From Pontiella sp. (lineage in GTDB: Bacteria; Verrucomicrobiota; Kiritimatiellia; Kiritimatiellales; Pontiellaceae), in the NCBI GenBank assembly GCA_050290185.1, contig JBNKHE010000006.1, forward strand, positions 128,001 to 192,000: a stretch of 64,000 nt of DNA, given 5' to 3'. Below are positions 57,744 through 64,000 of this stretch, one piece after another (within the stretch, counting starts at the first letter, position 1; every line of letters begins with the position of its first letter). The notes beneath the pieces are model-generated. The model did no database searches. It was not told where the DNA came from and saw nothing but the letters and a program-made list of their open reading frames with translations. Position numbers and translations under genes: made by a program.

Positions 57744-58448
57744 CTATCTTTTGAACATACGGCGGCTCGCGAACAGGCCGGCGCCGAAGATGCCGATCAG
57801 ACCGATCGTGGCCGGTTCCGGGATGACCTGAAGATTGTCGAGGTTGCCGAGCGTACCCGCTCCGCGAACATCGGTGTAGAACCCGACAACCGTACCGTCA
57901 TTCGCTGTGCCAGGTGTACGGGTCGAGATAACGTTACGGGTTGCGCCATTGTAGTATCCGGTTTCATAGGTGTTCGCTGCCGTACGGGCAATAAACAGCT
58001 GCGTGTAAGGCTGAACACCGGCACCATCAAGGCCATATTCACTCGTGCCATCGAACCCACGGGAATACAAAGCGCCATCTCCACGGGCATATACTGCCAC
58101 GTAATCCTGACGCGTGCCGGCAACCGGAGTGGTTCCTCCAACATACAATCCGATGTCCTGGGAGGCGCCAGAATGCGTAAGATCAACCTGAACCTCTTCG
58201 CCCACAGCCAGACTCAGTCCGCTGCGAACGATGGCCATCTGCTCAATGCCGTCATAGACGCTGGTGTTCACTTCCATCGTTCCGCTGGGCGATTGTACCG
58301 CGAAGGTATTTCCTGCCCCGCCGTTGGCGTCGAGTATAACCGTTGCCGTGTATTCACTTACATCCGTATCATTAAAGTCGTCGATCAGGACGGCTTGAGA
58401 AGCGGCTGCAAGGCCCAATACTACGGCACCCGTTAGTAGTTTCTTCAT
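57744..58448 (-). CDS. PEP-CTERM sorting-domain protein
   Basis: Signal peptide; C-terminal VIPEPATIGLIGIFGAGLFASRRMFKR; AGGAG RBS. Confidence 0.92.
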   Translation of the reverse strand: MKKLLTGAVVLGLAAASQAVLIDDFNDTDVSEYTATVILDANGGAGNTFAVQSPSGTMEVNTSVYDGIEQMAIVRSGLSLAVGEEVQVDLTHSGASQDIGLYVGGTTPVAGTRQDYVAVYARGDGALYSRGFDGTSEYGLDGAGVQPYTQLFIARTAANTYETGYYNGATRNVISTRTPGTANDGTVVGFYTDVRGAGTLGNLDNLQVIPEPATIGLIGIFGAGLFASRRMFKR

Positions 58449-58756
58449 TTTTATTCTCCTAATTTTCTGTTCATCTGTATGCCTTACTTAGGACATAGCT
58501 CCATTAATACATGCGAAAAACGGCCCTCCGCTGAGTCCACGTTTTTTTGAGAAATGTGTACAATCCTGTTATCTGACAACAGGAACAGGGGGGGATTTCT
58601 TGCATGACTACCGGTGTTTAAGAGCTGTTTTAACCGGATGCGCCCGCTTTGTAGGCGCAACGGCAGGCCATAATCAGAAGGATTCGGATTTCAGCAATAG
58701 CCCTCCCCAAGAGGGCGTGACGGTCATGCCGGGGCAACGCGCAGATCATCTGGTTT

Positions 58757-60994
58757 TCAGGGCGTTTTTTCGATCATCGCTTCGGCTTCATGTAAATGAA
58801 TGCGAACGCAGGCCTGATCGAACCAGAAACCCTGCCATACTTTCGATTTTGAAGGTTCGGCGGAAAACAACGCCTGGATACCGGCCCGGGTCCTTTCAAG
58901 CAGGACTTGCGCCTCTACTTCCCGCCGCAACCGGAAGAACGCGCAGGATTGGATCAGCCGCACGCTGTAGTTGCGGGTGGGCAACCCGCTATTATGGCGA
59001 TTGGCCTGTTCACACCAATACAGGGTTTGCTCGAAGTCCCCGCGACGATAGTTGAACAGCGCCATGGCATAGGCCTGCCAACCCCGAAGCGGATCATTCT
59101 CCTTTGTTCTGCCCTCGCGGATGGATCGTTCGGTCACTCGGGCATATTGATCCAGGGCAAGCATCAGCTCATCGTCGGCGGGAGCCAGCAGACTATTCTG
59201 CAGTATCCGCTGGGCAACCCTCGGGTTGTCCGAGCCGGCATAGCGCGTGATCATGATTTCCTGGAAACGTCTGTACTCTGCCAGATAGCCCTGCTCCACG
59301 AGCAACGCCGCCAGCCGGACGTCGTCCCTCGTGCTCTCGGGCCCCTCGAATTCATTGATCCGGGTCAGTACATCGAAGCGGGCCTTGGCTTTTTCCCAAC
59401 GACCGTTCAACGCATGCCAATCTCCGACATTCCGATACATCAAGGAGTTTTCCAGGGTTGCCTGCGGATGCTGGATCCCGTCCAGGATCACATCAGCCTG
59501 CTCCTTTTCTCCTTTCTGAACCAGCGCCGAGGCCTGGGCCAGTTTATGCTGGTCCTCGACACTGCTCCGCAGGACCTCCGCCTCCTCCTGCAGCACGCCC
59601 TTCTGTTGTTCAGCAATCCGCGCCTTGATCAGGAGCCAGGTAGAGACGGTGGAACTCATCAAAAGGACGGCCAGCGTCACACCTCCAGCAGCAAAAACAA
59701 CCTTGTTGCGGCGAACCAGTTTCCGCAGACGGTAACAACGGCTCGGCGGGCGGGCGATGACCGGTTCATGGTTGAGGTAGCGCTGGATATCGGCGGCCAA
59801 TCCATCCGCCGATCCATAGCGTCGATCCCGATCCTTTTCGAGCGCTTTCATAATGATCCAGTCCAGATCCCCTTCCAGCAAGGCCCGCAGTCTGGACGGA
59901 TGGAGACCGCGGCTTTTCGATATCTTCGCCTGATCTTCCGCAGGCAACCGGGCAAGCCTTGCTGACGGACGGGATGGTTCACATTCTCGAATCGTTCGGC
60001 GCATCGCCTCCAATCCGGACCGGATCAGTTTTTTCTGGTCGAAGGGAGTTTTGCTGGTGAGCAGTTCATAGAGCAGAACGCCAAGACTGTAGATGTCGCT
60101 CCGCACATCGATATCCTGCTCAGCCAAATCTGCCTGCTCGGGACTCATGTAGGCGGGCGTCCCGATGATCTGTTCGCAGGCGGTATATGCCGTATGATCA
60201 CCGAGCAACTCCCCCCCGGTCGCCTTGGCAATGCCGAAATCGATCACCATCGGATCCGGCACTCCATCCCGCTCTGTTATGATAATGTTCGAAGGCTTGA
60301 TATCCCGATGGATAATACCTTTTTGATGGGCGTGCTGAATGGCGTGACAGATTTGGATAAACAGATGCAAGCGCCGGGAAATATCGAGATCGTGCTCGTT
60401 GCAATACGTCGTGACCTCGGTGCCGTGCACCAGCTCCATGACAAAGAAGGGGCGGCCGTCATCCGTTTCACCTGCATTGAGTACGTGGGCAATATTCGGA
60501 TGCTCCATCATCGCAAGGGTCTGCCGCTCAGCCTCGAACCGGGCAATCACGCTTTTGGTATCCATCCCGCGCTTGATGATCTTCAGGGCGACCTGCCGAC
60601 GAACCGGCTTAACCTGTTCCGCCAGATAAACGCTGCCCCCGCCACCTTCACCGATTCGTTTTAGAAGCGTGTAATGTCCGATCTGTTTACCGACCTCTCC
60701 ATCATCCGGAAGCGGCGAGACTTCGGGCCCATTCATTCCGGTGTCTTCGATCACGGTCTGGGTAAGTTCCACGACGGAAACAGACGTCGGGCTGATCGTC
60801 TGGAACATCTCCACGGCCTCGTCCTGGGAGGCCAGCATCTTCTGCACGGCCGTATGAAGCCCGGGATCCCCGGCACAAGCCTCCTCAATAAAAGCCATCC
60901 GCTCTTCTTCCGATTTTATTTCGAGCGCGGCGCAGAATATATCCTCCGCACGTTCCGAGGGGAAATTCGCCATCAAATCGTCATGATTCAGCAT
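58757..60994 (-). CDS. Hanks-type Ser/Thr protein kinase with TM and TPR-like C-terminus
   Basis: IGEGGGGSVY, VALK, HRDIKPSN, IDFGIAK, GTPAYMSPEQ, SDIYSLG; TM VVFAAGG...WLLI; start codon uncertain (60973 or 60994). Confidence 0.93.
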   Translation of the reverse strand: MLNHDDLMANFPSERAEDIFCAALEIKSEEERMAFIEEACAGDPGLHTAVQKMLASQDEAVEMFQTISPTSVSVVELTQTVIEDTGMNGPEVSPLPDDGEVGKQIGHYTLLKRIGEGGGGSVYLAEQVKPVRRQVALKIIKRGMDTKSVIARFEAERQTLAMMEHPNIAHVLNAGETDDGRPFFVMELVHGTEVTTYCNEHDLDISRRLHLFIQICHAIQHAHQKGIIHRDIKPSNIIITERDGVPDPMVIDFGIAKATGGELLGDHTAYTACEQIIGTPAYMSPEQADLAEQDIDVRSDIYSLGVLLYELLTSKTPFDQKKLIRSGLEAMRRTIRECEPSRPSARLARLPAEDQAKISKSRGLHPSRLRALLEGDLDWIIMKALEKDRDRRYGSADGLAADIQRYLNHEPVIARPPSRCYRLRKLVRRNKVVFAAGGVTLAVLLMSSTVSTWLLIKARIAEQQKGVLQEEAEVLRSSVEDQHKLAQASALVQKGEKEQADVILDGIQHPQATLENSLMYRNVGDWHALNGRWEKAKARFDVLTRINEFEGPESTRDDVRLAALLVEQGYLAEYRRFQEIMITRYAGSDNPRVAQRILQNSLLAPADDELMLALDQYARVTERSIREGRTKENDPLRGWQAYAMALFNYRRGDFEQTLYWCEQANRHNSGLPTRNYSVRLIQSCAFFRLRREVEAQVLLERTRAGIQALFSAEPSKSKVWQGFWFDQACVRIHLHEAEAMIEKTP

Positions 60995-61030
60995 ATCGCA
61001 ATAACCTGCTCCTTGCACAAGCGTGCAAGA

Positions 61031-61588
61031 TTATGTGTGGGAGTTAATGACCTCGAGCAGCCAGGTTCTGGCACACGTCCAATGGCGAACCACAGAGCTT
61101 TTACCAATGCTCAGGGTTTCGGCCACTTCCTCGTTGGTCATTCCCCCAAAGAATTTCAGCACGACCACCTGTGCACGCTGGGGATTCACCTTTTCAAGCA
61201 GCTCCAACGCCTCGTCCACCAGGAGGATGCGCTCCTCCCTGACAGATTCCGCCAACTCAATTTCATCGACGTCCAGTCTTTGCTGATCCCCCCCGCGCTT
61301 CAGACTTGATTTCCGACGGGCATGGTCGACCAGAATGCGCCGCATCGCCGTAGACGCCGCGGCATAGAAACTGGCGCGGTTTTGCCAGGTACGGTCACTC
61401 TCTCCCACCATGCGGAGCCAGGCTTCATGCACAAGCGCCGTCGCCTGCAGGGTATGGTCGCCGAATTCCCGGGACATGTGTATCCGGGCCAGCTTACGCA
61501 ATTCCTCATAGACCAAGGGTAAAAGCGCCTTCGACTGATCGGAGTCGCCATGAGCAGCAGATTTCAGCATTAACGTAAAATCATTCAT
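61031..61588 (-). CDS. ECF sigma factor, STK-associated (TIGR02999-like)
   Basis: LLPLVYEELRKLA, HTLQATALVHEAWLR, AMRRILVDHAR, KRGG, VVLKFFGG, W..AR.WL. Confidence 0.92.
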   Translation of the reverse strand: MNDFTLMLKSAAHGDSDQSKALLPLVYEELRKLARIHMSREFGDHTLQATALVHEAWLRMVGESDRTWQNRASFYAAASTAMRRILVDHARRKSSLKRGGDQQRLDVDEIELAESVREERILLVDEALELLEKVNPQRAQVVVLKFFGGMTNEEVAETLSIGKSSVVRHWTCARTWLLEVINSHT

Positions 61589-61700
61589 GATTTCAAATAC
61601 GTCAAATAGCACAGAGCGCCACATTAACCAATAACTACCTTGTCGCATCCATTTCCACTCTTCAGCGGAGCCGGGAGTCAGCGGAAAAATGCCATTGGCG

Positions 61701-63206
61701 TCAACGGTCCAGATTGAGCCGTCCGTGAGCCTTTGTGCGTAACTCGCTGAACGTGGTCGCATCCGAAGCCAGTTCTTTGCCGTAGGCGGGAACCAAATGG
61801 GCGAGTTTGTCTTTCCAGGCGTCTGCGGCCATCTCTTCGGGAAAACATTTTTCGAGCACTTCGAGCATGATCGAGACGGACGTGGAGGCCCCGGGTGAAG
61901 CGCCCAGCATGGCGGCCAGCGATCCGTCGGACGCCGCTACCACCTCGGTACCAAACTGCAGCTTGCCGGTTCGTTCCGCGTCATTCTTGATGATCTGTAC
62001 CCGCTGGCCCGCAATGGCGAGCGTCCAATCGCCGTTGACGGCGTCCGGGTAGAATTCCTTCAGATTTTCGCAGCGGTCCTCATGGCTGTTGCGGCACTGA
62101 TTAATCAGGTATTTGGTCAGATCCATGTTATCGCGGCCGGCGGCCAGCATCGGAAAAAGATTATCGGGCCGGATGGATTTAAACAGATCCAGGTTGGAGC
62201 CTCGTTTCAGGTATTTAGGCGAAAAACCGGCGAAAGGACCAAACAGCAGCGAGCGCCGGCCTTCGATAATCCGCGAATCGAGATGCGGCACCGACATGGG
62301 CGGCGCACCGACCGCCGCCTTGCCGTAGACCTTCGCATGGTGCCGCTCGACAATGTCCTGGTTTCTGCAAACCAGAAACTGGCCGCTCACCGGAAAACCG
62401 CCAAAGCCCTTTCCTTCCGGAATTCCTGACTTCTGCAGCAACGAAAGCGCACCGCCACCGGCACCAATAAACACAAACCGCGCGTTGAGCGAACGTTTTC
62501 CACCGGCCGACGGCTTGACCACGACATTCCATCCGCCCGAGGTCTTCCGGTTGAGATTGCGAACGGTCGTCTCCGTGGCCAGACGCACGCCATCGAGCGA
62601 AATTAAATAATCCATCAGTTTTTGGGTCAGCGACCCATAATTGACATCCGTTCCGCAGGTAATGCGCGTGGCCGCAATCGTCTCGTCTGCGGAGCGTCCC
62701 TGCAGCAGCAATGGCGCCCACTCGCCGATCCGGTCGTGGTCGTCGGAAAAATCCATGCCTTCAAACAGCGGGCAGGCCACCATGGCCTGCTGGCGCCGGC
62801 GCAGGAAATCGCGGTTTTCATCCCCCGTAACAAAGCTCATGTGGGCCACACTGCGGATAAAATCGGCCGGCTTGGGAAGAATGCCCTGCTCCGCCAGATA
62901 GCCCCAGAAATGCTTCGAAGTCTCAAATTGTTCGTTCACGGAGACGGCTTTGGAAATGTCGATCGATCCGTCGGCGGTTTGCGGGGTGTAGTTCAGCTCG
63001 CACAGGCCGGCATGACCGGTCCCGGCATTGTTCCAGGCATTGGAACTTTCCATCGCCACCTGCGGCAGGGCTTCGATGATCTGGATGGTGCAATCAGGCT
63101 TCAGCTGCTTGAGCAAGACGCCCAGTGTCGCACTCATGATCCCGCCACCAATCAGGACGATATCCGGACTATCCTCGATTTGTGCAGAAACATGATCACT
63201 TTTCAT
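61701..63206 (-). CDS. mqo: Malate:quinone oxidoreductase
   Basis: [61 protein letters not shown]. Confidence 0.97.
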   Translation of the reverse strand: MKSDHVSAQIEDSPDIVLIGGGIMSATLGVLLKQLKPDCTIQIIEALPQVAMESSNAWNNAGTGHAGLCELNYTPQTADGSIDISKAVSVNEQFETSKHFWGYLAEQGILPKPADFIRSVAHMSFVTGDENRDFLRRRQQAMVACPLFEGMDFSDDHDRIGEWAPLLLQGRSADETIAATRITCGTDVNYGSLTQKLMDYLISLDGVRLATETTVRNLNRKTSGGWNVVVKPSAGGKRSLNARFVFIGAGGGALSLLQKSGIPEGKGFGGFPVSGQFLVCRNQDIVERHHAKVYGKAAVGAPPMSVPHLDSRIIEGRRSLLFGPFAGFSPKYLKRGSNLDLFKSIRPDNLFPMLAAGRDNMDLTKYLINQCRNSHEDRCENLKEFYPDAVNGDWTLAIAGQRVQIIKNDAERTGKLQFGTEVVAASDGSLAAMLGASPGASTSVSIMLEVLEKCFPEEMAADAWKDKLAHLVPAYGKELASDATTFSELRTKAHGRLNLDR

Positions 63207-63414
63207 GCATTTATCTTTAGGCGATCAAATGTATCCAAGTCAAGCCCCCGACCGGCCATATGTCTATAAACCTAAGCAATGGCTTATTCCCCGTAAAGAT
63301 GTCGTTTGCGCGACCGAAAAATGGCGGGAATATAAATCCCTCCATGTCGGAAAAATTGCTCTTTTTCATGCCATTTTCCTTCGCGATACAAAGCCTGGGA
63401 ATGGAAGATCAAAA

Positions 63415-63999
63415 TCAGTGCTGCAGGGTTTCGGGAATCTCCCGATAGAACATGAACAAGATTATGGCGATCTGAATCACTTCTCTCGCGATGACCTGAA
63501 ATGCGTCGGTTATGCCGGCTTGCCATGCAAAAAGGCCGTACGACAACCCGGTCACCACGACCAACCCCAGTGTAAACACCGACGTGATACTGACCGGGTC
63601 TTTCCATTCATCGCGCAAATGCCGCAGCCAGCCGAAATACTGGTAACCGAGAAGAATGAAAACCGTGAACGACAACCAGGCATAATCCCCCAGCAAGTCC
63701 ACGATCAGAAAGGCATCGTACAAACCGTGAAACGCGACAATCGAGGCAAAGGTTACGGCGGCGACCTGTATGTCTCTGCCCCGGTAAATGCAGGCTCTTA
63801 ACAAGGTCAGCCCACCCATCGCAGTCCATGCAATATGCAGGAAATTGGCCGTGGCAAAACGACCCAGGGCGCTGATGCCGGCCGAACCTTCGAAATAGTT
63901 AATGTTTTCCTCGATGGCAAAACCGAGCCCGACGAGACCGGCCACCGTCAGGATTTCCAGATCGGCCTTGCGCCACAGGAACGGAATAAGGGGACAGAA
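63415..63999 (-). CDS. prsW: PrsW-family glutamic intramembrane protease, 5' end outside the window
   Basis: GLGFAIEEN, FLHIAWT, FHGLYD motifs; frame open to the window edge. Confidence 0.8.
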   Translation of the reverse strand, partial: FCPLIPFLWRKADLEILTVAGLVGLGFAIEENINYFEGSAGISALGRFATANFLHIAWTAMGGLTLLRACIYRGRDIQVAAVTFASIVAFHGLYDAFLIVDLLGDYAWLSFTVFILLGYQYFGWLRHLRDEWKDPVSITSVFTLGLVVVTGLSYGLFAWQAGITDAFQVIAREVIQIAIILFMFYREIPETLQH

Positions 64000-64000
64000 G

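Noticed and set aside
63305..63390. Imperfect inverted repeat and TGGCAT upstream of mqo
   Set aside because: The GC is one base off sigma54 spacing and the pairing is weak; no function can be assigned.

Overview
GC-rich bacterial chromosomal window. PEP-CTERM sorting, an ECF sigma/Ser-Thr kinase pair, an SHD1-domain protein and DxDGDG-repeat secreted proteins suggest a PVC-superphylum organism, probably Kiritimatiellota/Verrucomicrobiota-like (inference). Contents in order: partial PAS histidine kinase; GH2; two tandem stand-alone receivers; a coupled GT2 / nucleotidyltransferase / alkaline-phosphatase-superfamily trio; DUF3820; a sucrose cluster (sucrose synthase, SPS, PfkB kinase, SPP, Na+/solute symporter); bcp; a Nif11-like peptide; TPR protein; E. 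coli-type ilvC/ilvY with tandem operators; P-II and ptsP; a four-domain 2-oxoacid dehydrogenase E1alpha-E1beta-lipoyl-FabH fusion; Sel1, SHD1 and NERD genes; mreBCD-mrdA-rodA-rng-galM; GH2-CBM32; a HisKA-only membrane protein; GT4; a large multi-PAS kinase; three secreted proteins sharing an unrecognised ~190-aa domain, downstream of the ECF/STK pair; mqo; partial prsW. No rRNA, tRNA, CRISPR array or intact transposase was seen. Best candidates for undescribed systems are the E1-lipoyl-FabH fusion, the shared-domain surface-protein trio with ECF/STK, the sigma54-preceded HisKA-only paralog of the kinase, and the GT2-NTase-NPP operon. All family calls come from motif recognition by eye, not database searches.
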